Below, piece by piece: positions 19,863 through 30,400 of a stretch of 64,000 bases of DNA; the first letter of the stretch is position 1; each line of letters starts with the position of its first letter. Position numbers and translations under genes: made by a program. The notes beneath the pieces were generated by a model. That model was not told the origin of the DNA, ran no database searches, and saw only the letters and a program-made list of their open reading frames with translations. Source of the DNA: Escherichia phage Esco_phi_B-01; the sequence record OP292222.1; one strand, written 5' to 3'.

Positions 19863-21986
19863 ATGGAAAATTTAAACGAAGTTTTTGATAGTGATTCCGC
19901 TAAAAACTATCCAGTAACAAATCTTAAGCCGGGCTCCGGTATCCCACAGATTTTCTCTATTAAAGCACCAGGTAACGATAACCTGGTTGCTCGTATGGTA
20001 TCTTATGCGTCTCAAGGAGACGCTATTAAAATGGTTAAGCCTGGCGACAAATACGTTCATGTTATTTTAATGAGTTTGTCGAGCAAGGGTGCTCCGGCTG
20101 AACTCAAAGGTGGCCTTGGTTCCGACCCACTTGGTACATTGAATACTATTTTCGATACGATATATGAACAAGTAAATAAACTTAAAATGGATGCGGTTTT
20201 GTTCCGTTTCCCTACCAAGAAAATGAAAGGTAAGGGCCCTACTGTTCAGCGTGTATTAGCTCGTTTGGCGATGGCACGTACCGGTGGTAAGTTTAAAGTT
20301 GTCGATAGCATGTTCCAGTTTAGTGGTAAACATACATACGTTCTTTTAGCACGTCGTGGCACTAATATCGAAGATATCAAGGGTATGCCTGAAATTGATG
20401 CAGACCTTTATACCAAGGTTGAGTCTAAAGTCGGGGAAGTTTATGTTTCTAAGAAAACTGGCCAGGCCGTAAGTAAGGTCGAAGCCGTAGCAGCATCTAT
20501 TGCGCAGGTTGAAGAGAAACGTACCGATAAGGCTGTTATTTCTCGTACTAAGATTTCCCGTCGTATGGCTGCAGCAGCGCAGTATTCTACTGCCGAACCT
20601 GAAACTTTATCACCTAAAGAATTGCAGGTTTATAACGAGTTTGAAGCTTCTGTCCCTGTTCACTCGGCCGAAGGCCCTGAGAACGAAGGTATTGAGCAGA
20701 TTAGCCAGAACTTTAAAAAAGGTGCTATTACTAAAATGCGTCAGGCCTCTCAGTTTAAATCTAAGAGTGAGGACCTTGCCAACTTTAGATACACCATTGC
20801 TCTCACGCACGCTTTAATGACTGATAGTAAATTTAAACTAAATTATGCTAATAGAGATAAACAAGGGTTTGAAATTTACTCTAATAATATGGCATTTTTT
20901 AATACAGAAGTCGATAGACTTTTAAGCGGCCTTTCTCAAATCAATACTACCAATAGTCTGGATATTATTAAGAGAATTGTTAATAACCTGAGTGCCCGTT
21001 TTCAGGGGTCTCCTTCAGAGAAAGCATCCCGAATTGCTTTCGCTATGGAAGCCGTTTATAAACTGATTAACGATTCTATTAGCGATGCATATGCTTATTC
21101 AGGCGAGCTCATTAAACCTAAGGGCTTGACCAAAGACGAAAGTAATGCCATTATTGAATATTGTGCGGCTGAATATGCTCCTATGAACTTATTCCTTTTA
21201 GGTAAACCTGAATCCGAAAACAATACAACAGCTATTAAATTGATTAAGGATTTAGACTCAGCATTTACCAAGGGTATTAAACTTCCTAAGGGTACTATTT
21301 TGTATCGTGGTCAGGATTTACCATACAAAATTCTGCGCCATAATATTGATAACAAAACATTTTACTTTAAGAACTTTGTGTCCGCTTCATTAAAGCCTAA
21401 TATCTTTGGTGAATTTGGTAAAAATTATATGGCCCTCGACAACCAAGCAGTTTTTGTTGGTGATGAAGGTTCTTTATCCTCCGCCGATGAGTTGTTTAAA
21501 TTGGCCAGTGGTAGTTCATCTGACGTAGGTGAAGTTGATGATGAAGAGGTAGAATGGGAAGAAGACGAGTTTGGTAATCCAATTGCACCTGAAGGCCCTG
21601 CAGACAGGATTGCTGAAATTGGTATGGTTATTAGAGGTGCTGAAGCAGTTAAAGTTATCGCTCCTGGTGACCTTACAGAATATGCCGAAGAAGCGGAAAT
21701 TATCCTTCCACGCGGATTATTGTTGAAGGTTGATAAAGTAGCGGCTTTTGCTATGAATGATAGAGTATCTCACAAATACCTTATGGAAGCTACAGTGACA
21801 TCTCCTTCAGAACTCAGTGAGTCCGTTTACGATGGCGACCATCTGATGGAAACCGGTGAAGTTAAATTGATGAATGGGTTTAAAGAATTCCTAGTTTCAG
21901 AATCTGTTTCAGAAAGTAACGAGGCTATGGAAATCCTTGCTGCATCTTTGGACATCTCTTCTTTACCAAATAAATTCAAAATGTAG
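19863..21986 (+). CDS. Alt-like ADP-ribosyltransferase paralog
   Basis: 707 aa; N-terminal ~230 aa closely similar to the adjacent alt product; retains YRGQ, FVSASL, EAEIILPRGL; divergent middle and C-terminus. Confidence 0.8.
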   Translation: MENLNEVFDSDSAKNYPVTNLKPGSGIPQIFSIKAPGNDNLVARMVSYASQGDAIKMVKPGDKYVHVILMSLSSKGAPAELKGGLGSDPLGTLNTIFDTIYEQVNKLKMDAVLFRFPTKKMKGKGPTVQRVLARLAMARTGGKFKVVDSMFQFSGKHTYVLLARRGTNIEDIKGMPEIDADLYTKVESKVGEVYVSKKTGQAVSKVEAVAASIAQVEEKRTDKAVISRTKISRRMAAAAQYSTAEPETLSPKELQVYNEFEASVPVHSAEGPENEGIEQISQNFKKGAITKMRQASQFKSKSEDLANFRYTIALTHALMTDSKFKLNYANRDKQGFEIYSNNMAFFNTEVDRLLSGLSQINTTNSLDIIKRIVNNLSARFQGSPSEKASRIAFAMEAVYKLINDSISDAYAYSGELIKPKGLTKDESNAIIEYCAAEYAPMNLFLLGKPESENNTTAIKLIKDLDSAFTKGIKLPKGTILYRGQDLPYKILRHNIDNKTFYFKNFVSASLKPNIFGEFGKNYMALDNQAVFVGDEGSLSSADELFKLASGSSSDVGEVDDEEVEWEEDEFGNPIAPEGPADRIAEIGMVIRGAEAVKVIAPGDLTEYAEEAEIILPRGLLLKVDKVAAFAMNDRVSHKYLMEATVTSPSELSESVYDGDHLMETGEVKLMNGFKEFLVSESVSESNEAMEILAASLDISSLPNKFKM

Positions 21987-22015
21987 TTTACAACACCACA
22001 AGGATGTGGTACTAT
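21986..22015 (+). promoter_or_regulatory. early-type promoter
   Basis: GTTTAC (21986-21991), 18-bp spacer, TACTAT (22010-22015). Confidence 0.5.
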
Positions 22016-22043
22016 TACCTTACACAAACATGAGGAGAACATT

Positions 22044-22334
22044 ATGAAATCTACATTCCGTTTTAATGGTCAAGAACTGGTAGTTGAAAACGTTATCCCT
22101 GCTTCTGAAGAGTTCGACAGTGCAGTCGGTAATGAATTACGTCGAGTTTTCGGCGAAGACAAACAGTTCGACTTACGCCCGGTTGAAAATTTTTCACAAC
22201 CCGAACAAACTGAAAATATCTTTAATGGTGTAGTAACCGGCCAGCTTGAATCTGAAGCTCCTATTTCTATCACCGTCTTTGTTAAAAAGCAGCCATTAAT
22301 GACCGCCGCAGGTTTCATTTCATTCCGTAAATAA
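22044..22334 (+). CDS. hypothetical protein (96 aa)
   Basis: SD GAGGAG; early-type promoter upstream; terminator downstream. Confidence 0.55.
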   Translation: MKSTFRFNGQELVVENVIPASEEFDSAVGNELRRVFGEDKQFDLRPVENFSQPEQTENIFNGVVTGQLESEAPISITVFVKKQPLMTAAGFISFRK

Positions 22335-22342
22335 ACCCCTAA

Positions 22343-22368
22343 AGGAGAGCGTAAGCTCTCCTTTTTTG
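22343..22368. terminator. bidirectional terminator between the alt region and gp54
   Basis: AGGAGAGC-GTAA-GCTCTCCT hairpin flanked by AAA upstream and TTTTTGTT downstream. Confidence 0.75.
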
Positions 22369-23322
22369 TTATAACAACCTGGATATTCCATTATTAATAG
22401 CACGCCCACCAAATGTATTAACCAATCCGGTCAATCCACTAGAAGCTCCTGAAAGTCGGCTTAATTTAGCTACAGAAGCACTTAATGAGTTACTCTCACT
22501 TATACCTGCTACGCCTTTAAGGACTTTATCTTCCAGCCATTCATAAGCAGCTTGTTTACCAACTGCACCCGTCTGCACACTTCTATAAGCAAATGTAACA
22601 TCAAACGAAGCAATTTGGTTATCACCATCATAGGATAATTCCGGCGATGAAACACTAACAGGAACACATCCATTAAGCATTACCACCGTATGTGGCAATC
22701 CATTACGAGAATGAAGGTTGACTTGGATGTCAGCTTCAACATCCTCCGGTAATGCTCTTAATTGTGTAATAGGGTCTTGGACACTATTGACCCAATCATT
22801 AAAAGCACGGTAGTTAGCAGCTTCAGAATCCATGCGGAAGCTTAATACCAATGGAGAATATTCTCTTCCGGTAATTTTGATATTAGGCGAGTTGTGGTTC
22901 AAATCCATTTCATAGTTCAAAGTATTATCCGGAATTTTAACTGCATGGACTAAAAGACCTGCCGTAGGATAAGCCATATTGAAAAAATCCATAAGATAAG
23001 TCCCGACTTCAAACTCACCTAGTAAGCTCTGCACAACCCTGGATGACATAGCTCCAATCAGATATTTACTTATGCCAGACTTACGAATCAACTTCTGAGT
23101 GCCCGCTGTCACTAATGTCGTAACACCTTGGGTTAAATCTCCTTGGGTAATTCCAAACAAATCAGTATTCAACGGGATATTGTTAAATAAAGCTCCACCG
23201 AACTGGTCGAGGAGCGATTGGGATTTAGAAGAAGGAACTGTAGCAAATACTACACTAAACAGGTTATTCCTTTGTAGGTCAATATTAATTGCCTGGTTTT
23301 GAAATTCTTGTAAAGTATACAT
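22369..23322 (-). CDS. 54: gp54 baseplate tail-tube initiator
   Basis: 317 aa; size and position match T4 gp54 (after gp48). Confidence 0.75.
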   Translation of the reverse strand: MYTLQEFQNQAINIDLQRNNLFSVVFATVPSSKSQSLLDQFGGALFNNIPLNTDLFGITQGDLTQGVTTLVTAGTQKLIRKSGISKYLIGAMSSRVVQSLLGEFEVGTYLMDFFNMAYPTAGLLVHAVKIPDNTLNYEMDLNHNSPNIKITGREYSPLVLSFRMDSEAANYRAFNDWVNSVQDPITQLRALPEDVEADIQVNLHSRNGLPHTVVMLNGCVPVSVSSPELSYDGDNQIASFDVTFAYRSVQTGAVGKQAAYEWLEDKVLKGVAGISESNSLSASVAKLSRLSGASSGLTGLVNTFGGRAINNGISRLL

Positions 23323-24410
23323 TAGAATCCTTCCGTATAAAGTGAGCCACGGTTCAAAGTAATGATTTCACGGAAAGTAACTTCTAAACTAAACGTGGAT
23401 GGTAAGTTAGGAGCAATAGCCAAACCATTAAAATGTCCGTCAGGAGTTTTATCAAATCGTATACTTTGGATTTGGCACGGTCCGAAAATATCTTCACGTC
23501 CGTCATATGAACTTGTATTACCAAAGTTTCGAATATACCAAATAGTTGGGTTACTTACCACAATAACATTAGAAAGGAAACTTGTGATACCTTCTCCTAA
23601 TAGCTTGCCGTCAAAGTTATCAATAGCTTCTTTTTTAAACGTGGAACGGTACCATGTATCAATCTTCTCTTTTAATTCGCCGGCGAAGGCAGAGTTGCCT
23701 GTTTCGCCATAAGAATAGTAATTAAAGATTTCGTATATTTTAATAATCTGAATAAGGTCTTGGGCGTTTCTAGGGGTCATTTCCCAAGTAAATACCTTAG
23801 TACGGTTATCTGGTCCTGCATACATACTACGAGCGGTTGTGTATATTTGCTCACCGGAATCAGCCATTACACCGTTAGTTACAGATTCCAATGCACCAAA
23901 TACAGCAGTACTGGCAACGTTACTCAAAATACCTGTAGCAGTACCACCACCTTTAGTAATTAATGATTCTCCTACATCATTAAATTTATGCGTAACCGAA
24001 TCAACATCAGATTTAGAACGTGGGAGCAAAATATTGGCTAAAGCCTGGCTATCAAATTTAACTCCTTTAGAATTGTTACTAAACAGGTTTTTAACAGCAC
24101 TGAACCCTCCAGTATTACCGGTAAGTTTACCTGCAGCTTTTGAAAACTTTTTGGTCATTTGGCTCGAGCGGTCGTTACGTAAATCAGGTGATACGCGAGA
24201 GCTAAAATTATATGCAGTAAAAAGTAATCCATTTTTATATAAATCGTTTAACACCATATCTGTAGAGGTATCATTGCCCGAGGCCCTTTCGGCTGGATAC
24301 TGGGCAGTTACCGTAGTTTGGGCCGGTTTAGCTTTAGATTGGCCCGCGGAGGTTTTTGAACCTCCTTTAAATAAGGAGGCTACGTCAATGTCAATTTCTT
24401 TTACTTTCAT
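23322..24410 (-). CDS. 48: gp48 baseplate tail-tube cap
   Basis: 362 aa from ATG at 24410 (track start 24416 is TTG); size and position match T4 gp48. Confidence 0.75.
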   Translation of the reverse strand: MKVKEIDIDVASLFKGGSKTSAGQSKAKPAQTTVTAQYPAERASGNDTSTDMVLNDLYKNGLLFTAYNFSSRVSPDLRNDRSSQMTKKFSKAAGKLTGNTGGFSAVKNLFSNNSKGVKFDSQALANILLPRSKSDVDSVTHKFNDVGESLITKGGGTATGILSNVASTAVFGALESVTNGVMADSGEQIYTTARSMYAGPDNRTKVFTWEMTPRNAQDLIQIIKIYEIFNYYSYGETGNSAFAGELKEKIDTWYRSTFKKEAIDNFDGKLLGEGITSFLSNVIVVSNPTIWYIRNFGNTSSYDGREDIFGPCQIQSIRFDKTPDGHFNGLAIAPNLPSTFSLEVTFREIITLNRGSLYTEGF

Positions 24411-24418
24411 TATCAATC

Positions 24419-26155
24419 CTAATTAACTTTAGTAGCTTGACGCATACCAGGAGCAGGAGTGGAAGACTGAGGTGGCAAATTATAACTAGTCTTACTCGTT
24501 TTCTTGATATTCGTTTGCTGATTTATTTGAGTTGGAGCTTGCTGACTATATTTAGCATTTTCCTTTGCTCTCATTTGCTCGTCAACCTTTTTAACCTGGG
24601 TATTTTCAGGAGATTCCGCTACAGAAGCAGGTTTAGGCTTTTCAGCTTCATTAAATTTCTCTAAAGATTTATTCATCTTATCAAGTAATTGCTGGATATT
24701 AAGGTCCTTAGGTGCTCCACCTTTAGCCATAATAGGGTCAGCCAATTGTTTCTCGATATCCGCTTTAAATGCCTTAGCATTTTCGATATCTTTAGAATCA
24801 GGCTTCATTATATTATCGGCGGTTTGAGTTAAACGAATAATATCAGCCTGGGCTTTATCACGTTTCTTAAAATACTCTAAACGTTCTTCTTCAGGGAGGT
24901 CACGGAAGCTTGTGTCAATTCCACCAGCGCGTAATTGGTCGGCTTGTTCTTTAGTAAGGTTACCGTATTTCTCTGCCTGGTTTATAAGCTCAGGTTTACC
25001 CTTATACTTCTTATTCATTTTCTCGGCTGTTTCTAAAGCCTCAGCTGAACGTCTATCATGGTACTTGGCTACTTTAGTTTGGTCTTCGTCATCTAAAGTG
25101 GCTCCGGTATTTTGTTGATACGACATTAAAGCGGATGCCTCTACATTTTCAGCCAAATCACCCATACCCGGTATTTTACTTAAAATAGCAGAAATCAATT
25201 TAGAAATACCGAGCATTAACAGTTGTGCCATATTTTTAGTAAGATTAACCATACCGCGAATAATAGCTTCAGCCAGACCTAGCCAATTTCTTTCGCTAAA
25301 CATAGCTTCAGCATTCTTGGCCCAGGTCATTAAGCCTTCAAGTAACGGACCCCACTCTTTAAACTTATCGTTAAATTTTTTCCATCCTTCATTAAATTGG
25401 TCCATGAAATATTGGAAGTATACACGAATAGCATCTATACCAAATATTAAAAGGGCTAGGCCTGCGGCCAGTTTAGCGGCTTCTGCGGCAGCAGTAATAG
25501 TATACTTAAAAAGCATACCTGAAATTCTATCAGCCACACCCACAGAGGCTTTAAATCCTTTTTCGGTTATTTTTGTAAGGGCTTCGATTTTATCAGAAAG
25601 AGAAGACTTGTCACCTTCTTTACCTTCATTTGAATTTTTAGGAGGCTCCGGTACAAATTCAGCGTCAGGTTTATTATCTTCAGGCGGAAGAATATCTTCA
25701 ATAACAGCAGGGACTTTAGGAGTTTCAGCCTTAGGTTCTTCCGGAATAGAGTCTTCAATAACCTTTAACGAGCTCCCTTCCGGCGGAATAGAAATACCAG
25801 AGAATTTAGCCTCTAACATATTAGAAAGCTTATTAATCTTTTCGTTTAAGGCATCCGAAAGAGCTTTAGATTGTTGGGTTTGTTCTGATATAGCTTCGGC
25901 TGTTAATTCTGTTCCGGCGACAACATCTTGAACACTTTTATCTACTCGGTCTATAGAATTAATAATCTGATTAGACTTTGTTTCAACAACTTCAGAGAGC
26001 AATTCAGACGCCGCCTGGGTTTCTGATAAAGCTTCTGTTATATTTCCTAATTCGTCGTTCTGGGTTTGGGCTAGCGCCTCAGCACGACGCTGAGGAGCCA
26101 TTTCTTCAATCAGTTTATTGCGACGAAAACTATTCTGATTAGATTCATTCTTCAT
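24419..26155 (-). CDS. 29: gp29 baseplate hub / tail length tape-measure protein
   Basis: 578 aa; position and size as T4 gp29; extended helical-type composition. Confidence 0.75.
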   Translation of the reverse strand: MKNESNQNSFRRNKLIEEMAPQRRAEALAQTQNDELGNITEALSETQAASELLSEVVETKSNQIINSIDRVDKSVQDVVAGTELTAEAISEQTQQSKALSDALNEKINKLSNMLEAKFSGISIPPEGSSLKVIEDSIPEEPKAETPKVPAVIEDILPPEDNKPDAEFVPEPPKNSNEGKEGDKSSLSDKIEALTKITEKGFKASVGVADRISGMLFKYTITAAAEAAKLAAGLALLIFGIDAIRVYFQYFMDQFNEGWKKFNDKFKEWGPLLEGLMTWAKNAEAMFSERNWLGLAEAIIRGMVNLTKNMAQLLMLGISKLISAILSKIPGMGDLAENVEASALMSYQQNTGATLDDEDQTKVAKYHDRRSAEALETAEKMNKKYKGKPELINQAEKYGNLTKEQADQLRAGGIDTSFRDLPEEERLEYFKKRDKAQADIIRLTQTADNIMKPDSKDIENAKAFKADIEKQLADPIMAKGGAPKDLNIQQLLDKMNKSLEKFNEAEKPKPASVAESPENTQVKKVDEQMRAKENAKYSQQAPTQINQQTNIKKTSKTSYNLPPQSSTPAPGMRQATKVN

Positions 26156-26666
26156 TTAAGATATCCATGATTTTAAGCAATCCTTTAATAGGACCATTAG
26201 GACCGGGGATAGCTACAGTAGAAGTTATATCGTCGGCCCATGTAGCAACAAAGGCAGGCATATCCAGAAAATCTGGTACATCGTCCCCAAGGTAAAGGGA
26301 TTGTAATACACTATCAACAGGACCAAATGTTTGGAACGGTTCATGTGATTTAAATTTAAATGTTTTACCTTGGAATTGGAATTCAAGACGTTGGCAGATA
26401 TAAAGGTCATTTAAGTTATACGTAAACCCATCCTTAGTTACCTTTTCTTTTAACCGTCCGTTGAATTCTAAAAGATGAAGAGCAGCGAAATCGGTTTCGG
26501 CTGCAGTTAAACCCTTATAAATGGAACTCATTAATATATGAAGAGCTTTATAAGGGTCTTTTTCATCTTTAACCAATTTTTGGTGTTTAAGACCCAATTT
26601 AGGAATGGAAATCTCTTTATCACCCAGCGTTATTTTCTTGATCGGGAGTATCAGTTTTAAGTTCAT
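26145..26666 (-). CDS. 28: gp28 baseplate hub distal subunit
   Basis: 173 aa from internal ATG with SD (track start 26708 lacks SD and overlaps gp27 by 89 nt); position matches T4 gp28. Confidence 0.65.
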   Translation of the reverse strand: MNLKLILPIKKITLGDKEISIPKLGLKHQKLVKDEKDPYKALHILMSSIYKGLTAAETDFAALHLLEFNGRLKEKVTKDGFTYNLNDLYICQRLEFQFQGKTFKFKSHEPFQTFGPVDSVLQSLYLGDDVPDFLDMPAFVATWADDITSTVAIPGPNGPIKGLLKIMDILNEE

Positions 26667-27789
26667 TTTTAACCTTCGGTGGCTCTTCAATCTTAATAGG
26701 CTTACCATTAGTAAACATATAAAGGTTTGTAATTGATGTATTGTTACTCACTTCATGAATAACTTCGTCTACATAAAAATCGTATTGGAATTGGTTTTTA
26801 GGGTCATAGAAATTAATCTTATCACCCGGAGTTAATTCAAAGTTCCCATATACCTTGCAATGAGCGTACCCATCATACTGGGCCATTGTAACTAATCTAT
26901 CAGCTTCTTCAAATCCGTTTCGGTAGGTATAATCGGAATATCCGCCTGAACGAGAAACCAATATACTGTTTTGCCCGTCACCAAAAGTAATTCGTGTGGC
27001 GTTTTTATCTAGGAACGAATGGGCATATACTGTAGCATTTTCGTACGGTTTTCGGGTATGCTGGTTGGCTTTAGTTAACCACTCAAAATCAAATGCAATA
27101 GGAGTATCCATATCTTGGACATATTGACCTATTAAACGAGGCTCACCAACCACAAAATTGATAGGCTCTTGATTAACCATAAATTCGTAGTCCATGATAG
27201 AAATACCATCTATATCTTCCCAGACAAATACAAATTTATCGGATTCAACGGCCATACCAACTTCTCGGACAAATTCCATATATCTGTCCATTGAATCACA
27301 CCAAGGAACATTAGGAACATAAACGTTTATCCCGTTCAATGGAGGTGCAAGGAGTGGTCGGTCCTGGTAAATAACACCAATCATTTCTGTTAATGTTTCT
27401 TGAACACTAGGGAAGAACATACGTCCAAATTTAAGATTTTCTAAAAAGTGGATAGGGGCGAGTTGTATTGTTATGATATTGTCGCCCTTAGAATCCACCC
27501 CTACTGCAAAGTGCTTACTTCCGTAAATTCTTGATTGGGTACGTTCAGAGTTGGCATTCTTAACGGAAACTTGGATAATTTGTTCACCATCCATTTTAGT
27601 ATGAAGGTTTTTTGCATCATAAAACTGGAGCAATCCTTCATTATTACCGTAAAGGCCATCTCGCATTGTTAGGGTAGTAAATGTCGCGCCTAGTTCAACA
27701 AAACGATGCTCTAACCAGGCGTCATAATCTTCGTAAAGGCGTATACTAATATTAGGAAAGCCTTCACGCTGCATAGTTTTTGAACTCAT
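26620..27789 (-). CDS. 27: gp27 baseplate hub subunit
   Basis: 389 aa; size and position match T4 gp27. Confidence 0.8.
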   Translation of the reverse strand: MSSKTMQREGFPNISIRLYEDYDAWLEHRFVELGATFTTLTMRDGLYGNNEGLLQFYDAKNLHTKMDGEQIIQVSVKNANSERTQSRIYGSKHFAVGVDSKGDNIITIQLAPIHFLENLKFGRMFFPSVQETLTEMIGVIYQDRPLLAPPLNGINVYVPNVPWCDSMDRYMEFVREVGMAVESDKFVFVWEDIDGISIMDYEFMVNQEPINFVVGEPRLIGQYVQDMDTPIAFDFEWLTKANQHTRKPYENATVYAHSFLDKNATRITFGDGQNSILVSRSGGYSDYTYRNGFEEADRLVTMAQYDGYAHCKVYGNFELTPGDKINFYDPKNQFQYDFYVDEVIHEVSNNTSITNLYMFTNGKPIKIEEPPKVKNELKTDTPDQENNAG

Positions 27790-28538
27790 TTCTTAAGGTC
27801 CTTTTCAACCAAAGACAAAGCAATACCGCGTTCGATTGGAATCATCTGCATAATGCTTTCTAATGAATAGTTGTTCTTTACCAGTAAATGGTTTATTTGG
27901 TAAAATAAAAATATCTCATCCGGATTGACTATAAGCTTAAATACTTCTAAAATGTCAGTGTATGTAATTGTTCTACGATTACAGCACCCATATTTGAGCT
28001 CGAAATGAATAGGGCTTGTTTGTTTGACTATATCCTCTAAAGTAGATAAGTCTATAGCATCTATTACGGCTAACTGGTCTTCTTCAGAAAGGTCTGTCCA
28101 GTTATAAACCCCATTTTCATCTTCTACTGTTTGGAGGGTATTCAAAATCAATTCGGATTTATCATGATATTCTATTTCAGGGAATTTGAATGTCAATTTC
28201 AAGCCAGCCACTTCAATTGTGGGGTTAACTAACTTGGTCTGCTTCAAATTGAATAAAACTTGTCTATCCTTTTCACACTTACTGCAAGTGTATCGAATAG
28301 GAATTTTGGTCTTGCCGAGAGATGACGTATACAATTCAATAAACATGTATGGGCGCCATGACACAGGGTACTCACCAAAGTATTCTTCCAGTAACTCATC
28401 TAAAATTTGTTTTTGCTCTTCAGGTGATTTATTATTCATATCATTTCGAATCAAAATAAAATCACGATAATCAGCTACTGTAAAAGGTTTAAATCGGTGG
28501 ACTCCATCAGGCATTTCGCAACGTACTATATTAGCCAT
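27786..28538 (-). CDS. 51: gp51 baseplate hub assembly catalyst
   Basis: 250 aa from ATG 28538 with SD AGAGGA (track start 28589 is TTG); size matches T4 gp51. Confidence 0.7.
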   Translation of the reverse strand: MANIVRCEMPDGVHRFKPFTVADYRDFILIRNDMNNKSPEEQKQILDELLEEYFGEYPVSWRPYMFIELYTSSLGKTKIPIRYTCSKCEKDRQVLFNLKQTKLVNPTIEVAGLKLTFKFPEIEYHDKSELILNTLQTVEDENGVYNWTDLSEEDQLAVIDAIDLSTLEDIVKQTSPIHFELKYGCCNRRTITYTDILEVFKLIVNPDEIFLFYQINHLLVKNNYSLESIMQMIPIERGIALSLVEKDLKK

Positions 28539-28558
28539 AGGGTATCCTCTTATTGATG

Positions 28559-28570
28559 TATTTATAAATA
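28559..28570. promoter_or_regulatory. overlapping divergent late promoters for gp51 and gp26 operons
   Basis: TATTTATAAATA: TATAAATA on plus (28563-28570) and on minus (28559-28566). Confidence 0.6.
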
Positions 28571-28588
28571 AGCTTAAAGGAGAAGACA

Positions 28589-29212
28589 ATGAATTATACT
28601 TTTGACGTAAAAATTAAAAACAAGACCATAAAATGCAGAGCATTTACCCTCAGAGAGTATAAGGACTTGCTCCAAGCTAAATTAGAAGGCAGAATAGAGT
28701 CCTTTATCAATGAACTCATTTCGAATTGCACAGATGCTCGTGATTTAAACAAGCAAGAATCTGAGCTCCTGGTGATAAACCTGTGGGCCCATTCATTAGC
28801 TGAAGTGAATATAGAACGTGAGTGGGTTTGTAGTTGTGGTCGCTCACAGGTTGTTCCTATGACACTAACTCGCGCAACATTAGGTAAAGAGCCGGATGTT
28901 ATTAAAGACTTTGGCAACTTTAAAATTGTTTTCAGATATCCTAAACTCTTTGAAGATAAAAATAGAGCTATGATGGTCGCAGGGTGTATCGATTATATTT
29001 TAACTTCTGCAGGCGAAAAGCTTTTTCTTTCTGATTTAAGTGATGCGGAACTTGATGACCTTTATTCTGTGATAACAGAAAAAGATATAAAAGAAGTTTA
29101 TGATGCTTTAGTCACCCCTAAGCCTATTTTGGCCATACCTATTTCTTGTGAATGTGGTGAACATACCGTCCATGTTATTGAGGGACTTAAAGAGTTCTTT
29201 AAGGTGATGTAA
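28589..29212 (+). CDS. 26: gp26 baseplate hub subunit
   Basis: 207 aa; SD AAGGAG; divergent from the gp51 operon as in T4. Confidence 0.75.
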   Translation: MNYTFDVKIKNKTIKCRAFTLREYKDLLQAKLEGRIESFINELISNCTDARDLNKQESELLVINLWAHSLAEVNIEREWVCSCGRSQVVPMTLTRATLGKEPDVIKDFGNFKIVFRYPKLFEDKNRAMMVAGCIDYILTSAGEKLFLSDLSDAELDDLYSVITEKDIKEVYDALVTPKPILAIPISCECGEHTVHVIEGLKEFFKVM

Positions 29213-29601
29213 TGAATATCAATAAAATGTATTCAGATTTAGACCCTGAAATGAGGACGTCTTGGAATAGAGACGTCGCTAAAGCTACAGGGGCCCGTGC
29301 AGTAAAAAACAGTTTGTTAGGCATTATTACTACCCGTAAGGGTTCTCGCCCTTTTATGCCTGAATTTGGTTGTGATATCAGTAATCAACTATTTGAAAAT
29401 ATTACTCCATTAATCACGGATACCATTAAGCGTAATATAGTTTCCGCTGTGCGGAACTTCGAACCCAGAATTTCTGCTCTTGCCGTAGGCGTTACCCCTG
29501 TTTATGATGACAACTCTATTATAGTAACCGTCCAGTTTAGTATTGTTGATGACCCGGATACATTAGAGCAAATTAGAATCCAGCTCTCGCAGAGTGGTTA
29601 A
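29212..29601 (+). CDS. 25: gp25 baseplate wedge subunit
   Basis: 129 aa; strong match to T4 gp25 (ITTRKGSRPF.PEFGCD, ENITPL). Confidence 0.88.
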   Translation: MNINKMYSDLDPEMRTSWNRDVAKATGARAVKNSLLGIITTRKGSRPFMPEFGCDISNQLFENITPLITDTIKRNIVSAVRNFEPRISALAVGVTPVYDDNSIIVTVQFSIVDDPDTLEQIRIQLSQSG

Positions 29602-29628
29602 TTGCTGTTCAAATGAATAGTGTATAAT
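29601..29628 (+). promoter_or_regulatory. possible middle promoter upstream of uvsY
   Basis: Imperfect MotA-box-like atTGCTgtt 13 bp upstream of TATAAT (29623-29628). Confidence 0.4.
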
Positions 29629-29659
29629 GGTCCTATGGTTATTACACAGGAAACATGCG

Positions 29660-30094
29660 ATGAGTAAAGAGATTGAATATAAATTAGAGTCGTTTCAGGA
29701 TGCTTTGGATGAAGATTTAAAGATTGATGGGACTCGTTTACAGTATGAAGTACAGAACAACGTTTTGCTGCACAGCAAATGGCTAAGGCTGTATACGAAT
29801 TGTAAGAAAGAGATAATGCGATTAGAAATCCAGAAAAAGACCTCTCTTAAGAAGCGTTTAGATTTCTACACGGGACGTGGAGAGCCTGGTGATGAGGTTT
29901 GTATGGACCAGTACGAGAAGTCAGAATTAAAGACTGTAATGGCCGCAGATTCTAGCGTGATTAAAATCGATACATCAATCCAGTATTGGGCTTTATTACA
30001 AGATTTTTGTAGTTCGGCACTTGATGCCATTAAGGCGCGTGGGTTTAACCTTAAGACCATGCATGAGATGAGACAATTTGAGGCAGGTAAATAA
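29660..30094 (+). CDS. uvsY: UvsY recombination mediator
   Basis: 144 aa from ATG 29660 with SD AGGA; matches T4 UvsY (YEKSE.KTV, IKARGF). Confidence 0.88.
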   Translation: MSKEIEYKLESFQDALDEDLKIDGTRLQYEVQNNVLLHSKWLRLYTNCKKEIMRLEIQKKTSLKKRLDFYTGRGEPGDEVCMDQYEKSELKTVMAADSSVIKIDTSIQYWALLQDFCSSALDAIKARGFNLKTMHEMRQFEAGK

Positions 30095-30204
30095 TGAAAA
30101 ATATTAGTGAGATTCTTGATGAGATGGTTGTTTCTGCTAACAGAATAACCGAAATTGTTAACGAATTGAAAGCAAAAGCCGCAGCAATGAAGGCTAATAA
30201 ATAG
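30094..30204 (+). CDS. small helical peptide (36 aa), hypothetical
   Basis: Below track threshold; ATG overlaps uvsY stop (TAATG). Confidence 0.35.
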   Translation: MKNISEILDEMVVSANRITEIVNELKAKAAAMKANK

Positions 30205-30232
30205 ATATGTAAGATAAACTAAGGAGACAATC

Positions 30233-30400
30233 ATGTCAGATAAGATTTGCGTTGTCTGTAAAACTCCAATCGATGCTGCATTGGTTGTTGAAACAGAAAA
30301 AGGTCCGGTTCATCCGGGTCCATGTTATAATTACGTTCAAAGCATGCCTGTTACGGAAAACACTGAAGAACAGCTGAACGAAACCCAATTATTACTTTAG
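30233..30400 (+). CDS. small Cys-rich protein (55 aa), possible zinc ribbon
   Basis: Below track threshold; SD AAGGAG 7 nt upstream; CxxC...HPGPC pattern; terminator downstream. Confidence 0.5.
   Translation: MSDKICVVCKTPIDAALVVETEKGPVHPGPCYNYVQSMPVTENTEEQLNETQLLL

Noticed and set aside
23839-25931. Plus-strand ORFs of 195 and 204 aa
   Set aside because: Antisense to gp48 and gp29; no RBS; low-complexity.
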